Below, in pieces: positions 45,093-59,078 of a DNA stretch of 64,000 nt (within the stretch, counting starts at the first letter, position 1; each line of letters starts with the position of its first letter). A model generated the notes under the pieces. It saw nothing but the letters and a program-made list of their open reading frames with translations. It was not told the origin of the DNA and did not search any database. The position numbers and the translations under genes were made by a program. Location of the stretch: contig OZ024740.1 in the NCBI GenBank assembly GCA_964016885.1, positions 190,650,001 through 190,714,000 on the forward strand, read 5' to 3'. The stretch is from Eledone cirrhosa. Lineage: Eukaryota.

Positions 45093-45786
45093 AGAGGTTT
45101 CCCAGTGCTCCTGGCTATATTGCTATATTTTACTCAGGTAGCGGCTCGTTCCCCACTCTTTCGATTACATTTTGTTCTATGGTGTCTGGGATGAGTGTAT
45201 TATCTGCTTGTGTATTTGTTCTCTTTCTTCCTTTCCTTTCCCTTTCCTTTCCCTTTCCTTTGTATATATTATATTTGTTAGTGTTTTCTTTCAGTAACCA
45301 TTATATTAAATGAGTTAAACAAAAAGAGTTAATAACTAAATAAAGATTTAATAAATAAATAAAATGTGATACTTGGTTTACCATCCCATTTCTAATTCAA
45401 CAAACGCTGCTATCATGACTGTATGTGTGTGTTTGTGTAAATGTATATGTGTGAATGTATGTCCGTGTAATTTTATAAGTTTGCTTTTGCGCCATTATAG
45501 TTATATACTCATAATAGTTATATACTCATACATATAAATGTATGCATGGGCTCACACATACTCGTCAGCGTGTAGAAAATCATAATCTGGCTATCTCTCT
45601 CATCAAACACTCTCTTTTTCTATATATATAGTAGTTGAAGTGGTGGTGGTGGTGGTGACGATTTGCCGGAAGTGTAGAAATTTGAAATTTTGAAAAGACG
45701 TCAATTTTATATTATTTAAGTTAACGAAATTTAGTTACGACATTTAGTACGAAATTTAGTATATAAATTATGTAATATTCATTCAT

Positions 45787-45975
45787 GCGGTGAATTGGCA
45801 GTATCGGTAGATGGTTGGACGCCATGCTTTCTAGCATAGTTACGTCCCTTTACACTCTGAGTTCAAATCCCGCCGAGGTTAACTTTGCCTTTCATCCTTA
45901 CGAGGTCGATAGCATAAAGTATCAGTAATGTACTGGGAAATTGCTGGCCTTCTGCCTAAAGTAGAAACAATTATT
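45787..45975 (+). mobile_element. tRNA-derived SINE, full length
   Basis: A and B boxes, core and tail as in the 35100 copy. Confidence 0.92.
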
Positions 45976-46075
45976 TATTCAAAGTAATCCAACTGATTTT
46001 ACTAACTGGATTAAAAGAAATAAACCGTACGTACTCCCGCAGTCCTTCTTTATTACAGTTTACATTATATATATA

Positions 46076-46255
46076 AAGGACGGGAATTGGCAGTATCGGT
46101 AGAGGGTCGGACGCCATGCTTTCCAGCATAGTTACTGCCCTTTACGGTCTTACTTCAAATCCCGTCGAGGTTATCTTTGCCTTTCATCCTTACGGGGTCG
46201 ATAAAATAATGAACTGGGTAATTGCTGGCCTTGTGCCAAAAAGTAGAAACAATTA
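46076..46255 (+). mobile_element. tRNA-derived SINE
   Basis: A box, degenerate B box, core and tail. Confidence 0.88.
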
Positions 46256-48024
46256 TATATATAAATGGCAATTTTTTTTTATGTACTCATATATTATAAT
46301 GTGATATGAAACAAATATTGCATTATTAAGGGCAAACGTGTCACTACCTAATGAGGAGATGTTATGAGAAATTATCTCCGTGAGACTATATTCAAATTCT
46401 AGCAAATGGAAACAATCCTAAAAACTATTAAATAATTGGATGTATTTTTAAACTGTACTGGAGATTATGTTTCAAGCGCATAACAAAAATCCAGTCGGCT
46501 AAGTTCCTCGGTTTCCTCGGTTTTCGCTTTAATCACAGGGCTTCAGTTGACGTAACATTATGAATTGAAGTTGATTAAAAATGGGTTTGAAACCGAAAAT
46601 ATATAATTACTTTTATATATACTTGAAGATAATGTCATATACAATTTGAAGCGCATTATAGACATATTAAATAGACAAGTCCGAGAATATATGGACTTTC
46701 GCATCGGAAATTAGTGTATACAGGAGGCAGATCAAAATGTTAATGAATTAATTTTTTACAAGGCTAGAATATGTACAATGTTTCATTAACTACCTTTTAT
46801 CGGAGTGTGATGTTTTCTGGGCGAAACCAATAGATTTCCTGTAACAGTTACAACACACAACACTCCAACATAACGATAGACATTTCTTTCTAACATAATG
46901 ATAGGTATCATTCTTAGCTAATGCATAAATATAACATTCTTATGCAAACAATATATGTGATAAATGGGCAACATGGCAAACATCGAGTATTCATTTAGTT
47001 TGACACCTATGATAATTATGTAGTTGGAAACGTGACATTTTTGTTAATAATTTGTATTATCACGTCTATCATGTGATTAGACATATAATATATGGCTATT
47101 CATCTCATCAGGCGTATTTGATCTCAGACTATATCATTCTATAAGACCTTTTATAAAAGGTATCCGAATATTATTTGAGGTCTACAATTTCTAAAATGAG
47201 TTATTAGTTGTCAGTAATCCTCTTACATTCTATGTCGTACTTTCCGTCATTTTAGCGGACAATCTGAGTTATGCATTCAAAAATACATATTGACTTCTTG
47301 TCAATATAATGCTATAATCATTCTCATTTAACTACCTAAATACATTAAACAGGGTAATTGTAATCAAAATATTTCTAGAAATTTTTAAGCGTAGTGATAT
47401 ATAAACCTTTAACAATCAGTTAGCACGAAACCATACATTATCATCAGAATTGAAGTGCTAATATGAATACACCGTCATACAAACCTACCTATACCTATAT
47501 TACTTTATCTATTTATCTACTTGGTTATCTCACTTTCCTCTCATCCCTCTAAATATTTATCTAGATATATATCTATGCGTCTACTAATATATCTTTATGG
47601 AAGTGCACAATACATGCATTCGATATGTTCCAGCGAAAGACAGAAAACCGATTTCCATATATCAAGAGCAAAATATTCCCTTTTACAATGAGACAGCCAC
47701 CAGGGGTTTGATGGCAGGAAATAAGAGAATAACGCGATGAATTACATATAAATAAATTTATAATTATGAAAGGTATAAATGGCCAAAGCATTGACCTTCT
47801 TTAAACACAAGACTACGGAATTTACTGAGACAAATATACATGTTATATATATATGTATATATATATACACACATATATATATATATATATGCAGAAGTTC
47901 TATTTAAATTGTTGGGATACAACAAGCAAATATTTTTTAGAACTGATATAAAGCTCTCAACAAAACTATTGAAGTAAAAATAAGATATATTAACAAATGG
48001 AAACTATATGTATAAAACTATATT

Positions 48025-48089
48025 TATTTCATTATACATATTTCAAGGACACCAAGTTAAATTATGATGTGCTTTCATCAGATAAAATA
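48025..48089 (-). ncRNA. Family A minimal type I HHR
   Basis: TATTTTAT-CTGATGA-AAGCACATCA..TGGTGTCCTT-GAAA-TATGTA-TA-ATGAAATA. Confidence 0.8.
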
Positions 48090-48939
48090 TAATATAGATC
48101 AGCTTTATAAATAAATATACCCTTAAGGAATGCGACCATTTCTGTTAGAAGCTCCCGGATAGTGGGGTTATACATTTATTTATACTATTATGCAAATTAG
48201 TGTCGGATATTTTTAAATCACAGTATATTTAAAATAAGCCGATGGGGTATGGAGAAAGGGAAAGAGAAAAAAGAAAAAAAGAGAAAAAAGAAAACTTTAA
48301 GGGAAAATAAGAAAACAAGAAAGAGAAAGAGAAGAAAAAAAGAAAAGAGAAAAGAGAAAGAGAAAGAGAAAGAGAAATCCCTAACTGATAGGTTGTTGTA
48401 TTAGCATAACTTTTAAGATGAAGTGAAAAAATAAATATTTTTTTGATGAGTAAAATAAATAAGCATGAATGGAAAATAAGCGTGAATGGAAAATGAATTT
48501 TAACCAGTGTTTATATATGATTAAATGTTTAGTTTATCAATTAAATTATCCATCAAATTATTGAGATCTATACATTAGAGTTGAGATATATATATTATTA
48601 AAAAATCTATATATTATTAAAACGATATATTATTAAAGAATATATTCATATATATACATACGCACACGTATATACATATACATGTAAATATATATATATA
48701 TATACCTACCCATACCATACACATAGATAAAGGACTTGTTATGTATAAGATATAGGAATTTTCCTAAACTTATAGATTTTTCCGAGAAACCAGAGAAAAA
48801 AAATAGAAAAAAAAAATATATATATCCAGGGAGTGTAACGTGAAGTTACTGTATGTTGATATATGTAAGCACACGATGTTTAGGTTAACACCAGTGGTGA
48901 GATGTGCAGGTAGAAGAGTGTAATATAATAATATAATAA

Positions 48940-50429
48940 TACTAGGACGATTTGGTAACCCTTCATTACGTTTATTGATTAGAGACGTGCGTTTCGCTAT
49001 CGATCAGCTGAAGCTCCGATCTATATCGATCTGGCCCGTCTCGGGAATCAAAAGCTCGTCGGTCCTGTAGTAATGTCATTGCTGCAGCAGAGGTCCGACG
49101 AGTTTTGTGTTCTATTTTAGCATGTTGGTAGAGTACAGATGATTCTTTACTATCTTGAAGGTCTCGCCAGTGTTCATTTATCCGTTCCCCTACACTACGA
49201 GCTGTCTCACCTATGTACACTATATTTTTGTCTCTATATTGTCCTTCAGTACATCTTATGCTATACACTACATTTCTAGTTTTACAGTTAATAGGGGGCT
49301 TAATTTACAGGTTATACATTTCTTAATCTATACATGAGGGTCTTAGAAAAGGGTATGTCTTGTTAATAAGTGTTTTTACGGAGGTACCTGGTCTTTCTAC
49401 TATCTTAATATTGAGTTTATGTTTATCTAGGGCCCTTCTAAATTTGTAAGCTAATTCACCTCTAGGGGTTGTATCGATGAACATTACACTCTGGTATTTA
49501 TTGCTATCATACCATGAGTTTATTCTATTAGCCTTGTTCCTAGTTCTTTCTATTCTATTCCAAAAGTTGCTCCTATACAAGAGGCAGGTCCCATTTATGT
49601 CATTATTTACCATATTTTGCCATTTGCTTCTGGCTCCGCTATACACTCGGATTTTATCTCTCTGATTGTAACCAGAGAACTGCATACGGTGGATGAAGTG
49701 TTGTATGTGTATCTCTAGTTCTTCGGGGTTGCACATGCGGGACACGTTTCTCATCACCCGTACCAAATCCGCAATCAGTATGTTGATTTTGGTATGGTCC
49801 GAAACGGCCGAGTTTCGGTGGATCAGATGTTTGGAAGTCATGGGTTTGGCATAATGGGAATGGAGGATTTGTTTTTTTTTATTAATTGTATCTAACCAGA
49901 GCTCTGTGTCTAGTACAGGTAATCGATGGTTGGGGTGTTTACTTGGGTAGTCTATAGTAACTCTAATGCTCTGGTGGATGGAGTTAGCTATTTGCTGGAT
50001 GCTTTCCTTGTGTTTTTCTCTAGTTCCTGACTGTTCTCTAGTGGGGGTGTCTTAACTACGATATTTATATCATCAACGTAGCGGGAGTACATTATCAGGG
50101 TTCAGGGGGTCTTCTAATTGTTCTTTAAGTTTAAGTTTAAGTCTACTGTCCCACCATACCATGAATAAGTTAGCTATGTCGCCTGCAATGCTAACACCAA
50201 TGGCTGCTCCTTCCTCTTGGGCATATGTTTTTCCATTAAATTTGAACATATGTTCCTTAAGGGTTAGTTTTATGCTGGCCCCTACCGCATGTGCAATAAT
50301 TTTCTTCAGTTCATCGTGGTTTTCGGGTGTCCGTATGGCTCTGGTCCACCCGTTCCATCTATCTGTGTGGGTGTTCTTGCCATTGAGGTAATGGTAGGTA
50401 GTCTGCCTCTTGCTAGTCTTGTAGGGCAC
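48940..50429 (-). pseudogene. Frameshifted PLE RT plus GIY-YIG endonuclease
   Basis: FKFNGKTYAQEEGAAIG, frameshifted VDDINI, RLPVLD, HYAKPM, RMQFSGY, IKIVERPG, NVVYSIRC..YIGETARSVGERINEH. Confidence 0.92.
48981..49065 (-). ncRNA. HHR-like motif (CCGACGA core) embedded in the PLE-3 endonuclease region
   Basis: GGA-CCGACGA-GCT..AGC-GAAA-CGCACG-TC-TCT; 49091-49102 is an inverted copy of 49055-49066. Confidence 0.6.
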
Positions 50430-50454
50430 AGGTTGCTAAACAAATTCAGAAACG

Positions 50455-50509
<55 letters not shown>

Positions 50510-52367
50510 TATATATACATATATATAGGTGTGTGTGTGTGTGTATATGTGTGCGTATGTGTGCGTGTGTGTGTGCGTGTGTATATGTGTGTGTGCGTGT
50601 GTATGTGTGTGTGCGTGTGTGTGTGCTTGTGTGTGGCGGGGTGGTGGCTGGGTCTGAATGTATGTGTAAATATACGAATGCATGGGAAAATAATATACGT
50701 ACAATTGTTAAAAAAGGGAAACACAATTGATCACTAGACCAGATATGATGTATTCAACCATATCAGGAATCAGTGGTATTATTTTGTAATTCCATTTGCT
50801 GAAATCTTTCCTGGAATTGGCTTTCTTTTCTGAAGATCTTCTGTTGTCCATCTCTCCTGAGAGTTTCTTACCACTAGTCTGAGTTACATTCATCGTTGGA
50901 ATTTAAATTGCGAGTTAATATTTCGAGGAGTCTATGAATATATCACGAATATCTGATCACGAATTAAAACCATGTGTAAAATATTTTGAAATTCTGTCCC
51001 TATTTGAAATAAAGACCACCATGTGTGATATAATACATTATCAACTGGTACATTTTAAATATAGCATACAAATAAATCTGTATTAATGTTAATCATTGTT
51101 TAAAATGACAACAGTTGTAAATGCGACTTTAAAGAGATTTGTGGCTTGCAGATATTTCTGGATAAGAGATACCTTGACAGACAACTTGAAAACATAATTT
51201 CATCTTCGTTTTGCTCTTTATATGCATATGAATGTTTTATTTGTTAACTGTGAGTCATAAAACAATATCATGATATATAACAATAACTTTCAAAAAATAT
51301 ATTTCTGTGTTAATTGAAACACAATTATTGTGACAAGCATATTAGAGATTGTTGTTCCATAAATAACCAAATCTTTCTCTATATGTTTTAGAAAAAACAT
51401 ACATCTTAACTGTATTGGTATATCTCAAAGCAGCTATATCCACATTAAACTCGAAAGTAATGCTTTTATGTTTATTCAGCTTTATATTTCTCATTTAAAA
51501 TAAATGTTGTTCAACATTTTCTTCATAAAACTGTTAATGTTTTATGATAATTTCTTAAGAAGTATTTAATTAATCACATAAAACAATTAAACAGTTGGCT
51601 GTTGTGTAAAAATCTAAACAGCATAGAAATTACCATCATATCTTTAAATTTAGAAGTGTCGTTGCAAGCTACTAAGAATTACAATATAGTAGCCATTTAA
51701 TAACGCTAGCCATCATCACTCTACAGTTTCTCAGAGTAACATTTTTCTCAATTACAGACATTGATTCTGTCATTGTATCACATATTTTTGTTTTCTCCGA
51801 TGTGTAATAAACCAGTTTAGATGTTCATCACAATCCATTTAATTCACTAGCATAAGATTAATACAAGAATGCACGCAATATACAAGAATGGACATGTTGT
51901 CATGCAACACTATTTATCTGCAGAATGTAAGATAGTAGCTAGGAATGTTAAGGCAATAAGGTGAGATTTCTTATATGAGGTATTAAAATGAAATGTAAAC
52001 CTTTGGGGATCATCTTAATATATCTCACATAACTCCAGTGAATCTTTCAAATTATAACAACACCTTTATTGCATTCTCTATGTTCTTGTTTTCAAATCGC
52101 GAGCCAAGGCTATGGCAATATTCCATATTTTTGTGAGCATTAAGCTACTAAAAGCACTGAAGACAAGAGAAAGGCAGTTTATTCTAACTTGCGTAGCATA
52201 GAGCACCGATGATAGCCACAAAGCTTGAACGACGTACGTTTCGAGTTCTCACTGGGAAACTCAATGAAACATTCTCAACTAGATGTATATACGTCAAGCA
52301 AACCACCATATCATATATGCTTTTATATATGTATATATATACACACATATATATATATATATATATA

Positions 52368-52490
52368 GTAATAATAATAAATTTGAAGACTAAAATCCAA
52401 AGAGGGCTCGAAAAGGTTAGTTTCAGAAGATCCAGTTAAGGGTGAAAGCACCGATTCTTTGCTTAAACTTTAATCTGTTATTTTAATAAA
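52368..52490 (+). mobile_element. 120-bp minimal family B element in (TA)n
   Basis: Inverted terminal block AAATTTGAAGACTAAAATCCAAAGAGGGCTCGA joined directly to the CAGAAGA HHR-like motif and AATAAA. Confidence 0.78.
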
Positions 52491-52509
52491 TATATATATA
52501 TATATATAT

Positions 52510-53932
52510 GTAAAGTTATATTTAAAAATTGTTGGGTTACAACTAGTAAATATTTATAACTGATATAAAAGCACTCGACAAATATTTGGAGTATATTTAC
52601 AATATTAAATAAATGGAAAACTATATTTATAAAACCATATTTATTTCATTATATATATTTCGGGGATATCATATTAACAATATGCTATGCCTTCATCAGA
52701 CAAAATACAATATAAACAGTTTTATAGATAAATATATTCGACATACCGTAATAAACATCGACTTCATCACGCTAGCAGTGAAAATACAGAGAGAAAGAAA
52801 GAGAGAAAAAAAAGAGAGAAAAAAAGAGAGAAAAAAAAAAGAAAAAAAGAAAGAAAGACAAAACGAAGAAAGGGAAGAAAAAGAAGAAAAAGAAAAAGAA
52901 GAAATGCATGGAACAAAATAGAGAGATGGAAAAATAGATAAAGCGAAGAGCTTCATGTAAAGAAACAGATATATATATATATATATAGAGAGAGAGGAAA
53001 TAGAGATAGATACATATAGAAAATTAGGTAGTGGGAGGTCATTTTGAGTAAGTGTATCAATGATACATTTATTTATTTATTTATTTATTTATTTAGCTCA
53101 AGAATTAATGTAAGGGAGATATATAGAGAGATATAGAGAGATATAGAGAGAGAAAAATTTTTTTTAAATAGCCAGACATATTCGAGGCGTAGAAAACCCT
53201 ATGTTTTAATGTATTAGTATTTATAAAACTTACACTATATTGTAAATATCAGTATTCCTGAATGAAACAAGTACCCATAATGTGTGAAAATTCATTATCT
53301 TATGTTTAGTTTTAAAAAAATTCATATGTTTAATATGTAAATTTTTAATACGTAATATTTTTTAATACGTAGTATTTTTAATATGCAATATTTTTATTAT
53401 GTAATATTCTTTCGTAATATTTTTTTAGTTTTCTATTCTATATTTTTGCTTATTATTATTATTATTGTTATCTTTTTATTTTTAGTTTTGTTTATAATAT
53501 AATATATATTTTTGATTAGTATATTGAAATCTGCTCTCTATTTCTGCTTGATAGATAATCTTGTAGAGTAATCGCAAGAATAATAATACGCTCAAATTTT
53601 TATACCATATTGGGAATGTTTTCCGGTAACCTAGAGTTTGCAGAGTGAATCAGTTGGATTCACATTGATGTTTGTAGCTGTCACATAAACATATGAATTT
53701 TTTTAAAACTAAACATAAGATAATGAATTTTCACACATTATGGGTACTTGTTTCATTCAGGAATACTGATATTTACAATATAGTGTAAGTTTTATAAATA
53801 CTAATACATTAAAACATAGGGTTTTCTACGCCTCGAATATGTCTGGCTATTTTTAAATTTTTTTTCTCTCTATATATCTCTCTATATCTCTCTATATCTC
53901 TCTATATATCTCCCTTACATTAATACTTGAGC

Positions 53933-53967
<35 letters not shown>

Positions 53968-54431
53968 ATGTATCATTGATACACTTACTCAAAATGACCT
54001 CCCACTACCTAATTTTCTATATATATATATGTATCTATCTCTATTTCCTCTATATATATATATATATATATATCTCTGTTTCTTTACATGAAGCTCTTCG
54101 CTTTATCTATTTTTCCATCTCTCTATTTTGTTCCATGCATTTCTTCTTTTTCTTTTTCTTCTTTTTCTTCCTTTTCTTCGTTTTGTCTTTCTTTCTTTTT
54201 TTTTTCTCTCTTTTTTTTCTCTCTTTCTTTCTCTCTGTATTTTCACTGCTAGCGTAAACCTCTTCAAATGAAGTCGATGTTTATTACGGTATGTCGAATA
54301 TATTTATCTATAAAACTGTTTATATTGTATTTTGTCTGATGAAGGCATAGCATATTGTTAATATGATATCCCCGAAATATATATAATGAAATAAATATGG
54401 TTTTATAAATATAGTTTTCCATTTATTTAAT

Positions 54432-54437
<6 letters not shown>
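52510..54437. mobile_element. 1.9-kb family A fold-back with HHR in both arms (52642-52707 -, 54328-54393 +)
   Basis: Arms about 52598-53332 and 53686-54437 are near-perfect reverse complements; TATTTTGT-CTGATGA..GAAA-TATATA-TA-ATGAAATA. Confidence 0.9.
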
Positions 54438-54474
<37 letters not shown>

Positions 54475-54529
54475 TAGGAAGCAGTGTGTTTTTTTTTTAA
54501 ATACACAGACAAACACACATGTATATATC

Positions 54530-54574
<45 letters not shown>

Positions 54575-55080
54575 AGTACTTGAAGTGTTTCCAAAGAAAG
54601 GGTACAGCAAGTGAGAGTGCTCTATGTATGCTACAGTACTATTTAATTATGTAATAAACAACAAAAAACAACTATTCCAAACACCAATGGTTTCACGGAG
54701 ACGTCTGAAATCGTTCATCAGAATGAACATTTATTATGGATGTAATATATGAAATTGTATGATAAGAATTGAAAGCGAACTTCAAATAAAATAAAATAAA
54801 ATTAAAAAAATATATAAAATAAAATAATGGAAAGATATACACACTGATGCAGAACGTAAGGTTAGGGGATGAAAATAAATACATATATATACATGTATAT
54901 AAAATATATACACATACACATATAAATATATATATATATATGTATATATACACATACATATACATACACATATACTTACATATATATACGCATACACACA
55001 CACACACATATATATATATATGTGTGTGAGTGTGTGTGTATGTCTGTGTGTGTATGTTTGTATGTATGTATGTCTATGTA

Positions 55081-55115
<35 letters not shown>

Positions 55116-55367
55116 CCATTTACATGATCATATGTATTTATATGTATTTTTTTAACCAGTGTCTTTATGTACGAGCTGTGCGTATGTGCTGCGTGTGCCT
55201 ATAGTTTTGTATATTTTTATATCTTATTATTTTGTTTCTTTATTTTTTAGGCTGTCTGATCAGATGGATAAATCAATAACCCGAAATGTGCTTATGTTCG
55301 TATCTATGTATACTCATGCATATATACATACACACACCCACCCACCCACACACATATTTATATATAT

Positions 55368-55413
<46 letters not shown>

Positions 55414-55416
55414 TAT

Positions 55417-55689
55417 AATATAAAACGAAAAATCAGTGATGCATCTGAACTCAATTTAGTGTGTGTTAGAATTGTTTCGCCGGCGGTGTCTGATTCTGGA
55501 TCCGCAGGTTCGACGGACGCGTTTAATGAAAGAATTTGCTTCGAAATTATTAGACGTATCCGTCGAACCTGCGGATCCATAATCAGGCATATCCACACAA
55601 TGATCGTGTCTCGAGCTGTGCGCCAGCGAAACAATTGTAACATTCCATACATTGAGTTCAGATGCATCACTGATTTTCAGTTTTATATT
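55417..55689. repeat. About 270-bp fold-back next to (TA)n containing a HHR 3' half
   Basis: AAAATCAGTGATGCATCTGAACTCAAT and GGATCCGCAGGTTCGACGGA have inverted partners; GAAA-CAATTG-TA at about 55628-55639. Confidence 0.8.
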
Positions 55690-55780
55690 GTATCATACTC
55701 TGCTCTGTAAGAACATACAGTGCCCAACCGGCATACCGCCTATGGAGGCATATTAGCTACCATCGGACACATACATATAA

Positions 55781-55814
<34 letters not shown>

Positions 55815-55921
55815 TCGCGCATGTGTGTGTGTATATATATATGTGTGAGTGTATATATATAAATATATATATATATATGTATATATATGTGTGTGTAAGT
55901 GTATGTATATATATATGTGTA

Positions 55922-55995
<74 letters not shown>

Positions 55996-56211
55996 AATAA
56001 CCACAGTTAGTTGTAGGGTTTAGGCTGCATGAAGAACTCAACGTAATTCATATGTTGAAAATGTTGTAGGTTAAAATAAAACCCGGAAAATAATAAAACC
56101 TCAAAAGGAAAATAGAGTCATGATATTTCATTGTTTTAACTTACACATATATATATATATATATATAGTGCAAATTTAGACGGGAACAAAACGGAGAGGC
56201 AGACAAATAGG

Positions 56212-56249
<38 letters not shown>

Positions 56250-56447
56250 AATAAAATATTGATACCCTGCAATTAAGCAAGCTCAAAGCATAAATACTAA
56301 CCATTATATAGTAATATGTGTATCAATAAACACAGTAAATTTCGTGTCTAAAATTACGAGTGTAGAGAATACCAGAAATGTTTTAAATATTTAATCTTAA
56401 ACATACAGTAGGATATAATTTTATACTGACCGTATGAAAAACATTTC

Positions 56448-56528
56448 ATCTCTCGGACAGATTTAATCTGTTTCGCCCTGAAAATTGTGTTTGTAAAGAT
56501 AATCTATAGGTCATCATCAGCGAGAGAT
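56448..56528 (-). ncRNA. Type I HHR with 8-bp stem I and long stem III
   Basis: ATCTCTCG-CTGATGA-TGACCT..AGGGC-GAAA-CAGATTAAATCTG-TC-CGAGAGAT. Confidence 0.85.
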
Positions 56529-56589
56529 TAGATCAAATGAAACCAAACACATCTAACAGCAAACGGAGGAGTAAAAATATGGTCCTCGT

Positions 56590-56668
<79 letters not shown>

Positions 56669-56819
56669 ATTATCTTACCCCCTAACTTTATGTTCTGCTT
56701 CAGTGTGAATATTTTTTTTTTTTTTATTATTTTAGATATTTTTTATCCTTATTTTATTTTATTTCAACCTCGCTGTCAATAGTAATAGCCATTGTTTTTA
56801 ATTTCATATCTTACGTCCA

Positions 56820-57019
56820 NNNNNNNNNNNNNNNNNNNNNNNNNNNNNNNNNNNNNNNNNNNNNNNNNNNNNNNNNNNNNNNNNNNNNNNNNNNNNNNNN
56901 NNNNNNNNNNNNNNNNNNNNNNNNNNNNNNNNNNNNNNNNNNNNNNNNNNNNNNNNNNNNNNNNNNNNNNNNNNNNNNNNNNNNNNNNNNNNNNNNNNNN
57001 NNNNNNNNNNNNNNNNNNN
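56820..57019. other. Assembly gap (200 N)
   Basis: Run of N. Confidence 0.99.
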
Positions 57020-58377
57020 AGATTGTGTACTGCACTATATATAGGTGTGTGTATATCATGCGTTCAATTCCAGGTACGATAAAGCTCACTGTATTAATCA
57101 CTCATGGACATATTACAGAGCATAATAATAGTAATTTAAGTGAAAAACCAGCCATAGTGTTAAATAATTACAACTGCTATACTGATTGGATAGATTAATT
57201 AATCAATCAGCAAATCACGATCTAAACTATAATAAATTAAGAAGCGCGGGACTGCATACGGTTTATAATGTGTTATCCCCTTAGTAAAATAAGTTGGATT
57301 AATTTGAATAAATAATGAATGAATATTACATAATTTATCTACTAAATTTCGTGGCTCTTCATTAATTATATTTATTACTTATTTAAAGATAAAATTTAAA
57401 ATGTTCAAATGTCAACATTTCCTGTTAGTGACCGTTTCAATAAACATATATTTCTGTCACTAATCTTCTCCTAATATAGTCGTTATTTGATGTATCTTGG
57501 ATTACGTTACTGATTGCATAAGAAAGTGTAAGATTTCTGTGTATATTGTCAATTAAGATTTTATTTGATGTATCATATCTATAAGGAAATATACTTGCGT
57601 ATAACTTGCGTATAATATCAATATGTTCACTACACATGCTAGCAGAAAACCACCCGTATATTTAAAAGCTTCTAGCCCGTTCGGCCGCCCTCAAGCAATA
57701 GAAGCTGCTAAATGTTCGGTCGCCCTCATGTCCCTGATTCCCAACCCCAAGATATTTACATGATGATTATATATTATTAGTAATTCTCTGTTTTATTCGC
57801 GAAATCTTATTATATCGCCAACGACTCCTATTCAAACAGTTGACATCATATTAATAATATACTGATTATTCTAAATAATAAAACTCTACTACATCGTGTG
57901 TTCAATAAATTTCCTGTTACTATTCAAGAACTGGTCAAACAATATAAAATATCTGTACTCGGATTAATACTGATATCATTATATATTCACCTGCACATTT
58001 CTATTTATCTGGGATTGACAAAGAGGAAACATAAGATATTATCTGAAGAAAACTATAAAATAATAGAATACACACGGATGTCGTTTCTCATTAGGGTATA
58101 ATAAATATATTATAGAAGGAAAATAAACACTAAACACTAGAACATGTGAAGTACGCTAGAAAATAGATTGGGTTTCTAAACATTGTGTATACCTAATTTC
58201 TCTATATCCTACTTTGGTCAAGTAGGATATAAAGTGTGGATTATTATACTCCTCCTCTAGGTAGATATTCTATGTGTATACACATCTTACCACATACCTG
58301 AATTATGTTATCCATGATTGACAAGCTATCGCCTGTTTGAGTGTCCATCTATCTATGCATATCTCTCTCTCGCTCTG

Positions 58378-58427
<50 letters not shown>

Positions 58428-58535
58428 TAAACGTAATAGAAAATGCTGACAAATTGTTCACAGTGAAAAATAGTTTAATTAGGAATAAGTGAGAATTAGT
58501 AATAGTATTGGTTAGTATTCAGTTTTGGTTTTAAG

Positions 58536-58646
58536 TTTTACCGGTTGCGTATTTCTAATGCTTTTCAAAAATAATTTTGAGATAGAGCGTCCGTGATGTT
58601 TGCCCAGATCAGAGCAAACATCACGGACGCTCTATCGCAAAATTAT
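58536..58646. repeat. 33-bp-stem hairpin adjoining a decayed U3-A8 HHR on the minus strand
   Basis: 58571-58603 pairs with 58614-58646; minus 58536-58571 reads TTT-TTGAAAA-GCATT-AGA-AATAC-GCAA-CCGG-TA-AAA. Confidence 0.7.
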
Positions 58647-58683
58647 TATTTCGATGTCCACTCTTACTGTGGAATATATGAAG

Positions 58684-58733
<50 letters not shown>

Positions 58734-59033
58734 ATAAATTAATGGAGCCATATACTCTCTCTATTCCCTGCCAATAATGTGCTCAAAGGAGGAGGAATCC
58801 TGAGCCCTTTAAAATACAATATGCTTAAAAGGCAACACACTAGAGAGAGATACAGTGCGCTATCAATAAAACAGGGAAAAACCACCAGTGTATGAAATCT
58901 ATAAACTATGAAAGGCAGAGTAGACACACGATAATTACAAATATAAATTAAAGTGTAAATACATACTCTCTAACTATATAACATACGTACAAATCCGAAG
59001 AGATATGTTTCGCCAGTAAGTTGTTGACAGAAA

Positions 59034-59078
<45 letters not shown>

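Larger units (their letters stand above)
47890..50456 (-). mobile_element. 5'-truncated Penelope-like element PLE-3 (Naiad-like) with probable family A pLTR
   Basis: ORF remnant followed by a low-complexity 3' UTR and a sense-strand HHR; bounded by (TA)n; pLTR-ORF linkage inferred from adjacency. Confidence 0.75.

Noticed and set aside
52201-52250. Decayed HHR CCGATGA-TAGC..GCTT-GAAC-GACGTACGTT-TC
   Set aside because: Two core changes and a poor stem I; plausible relic but not supportable
55159-55710. 183-aa ORF
   Set aside because: Runs through microsatellite and a palindrome; no recognisable domain
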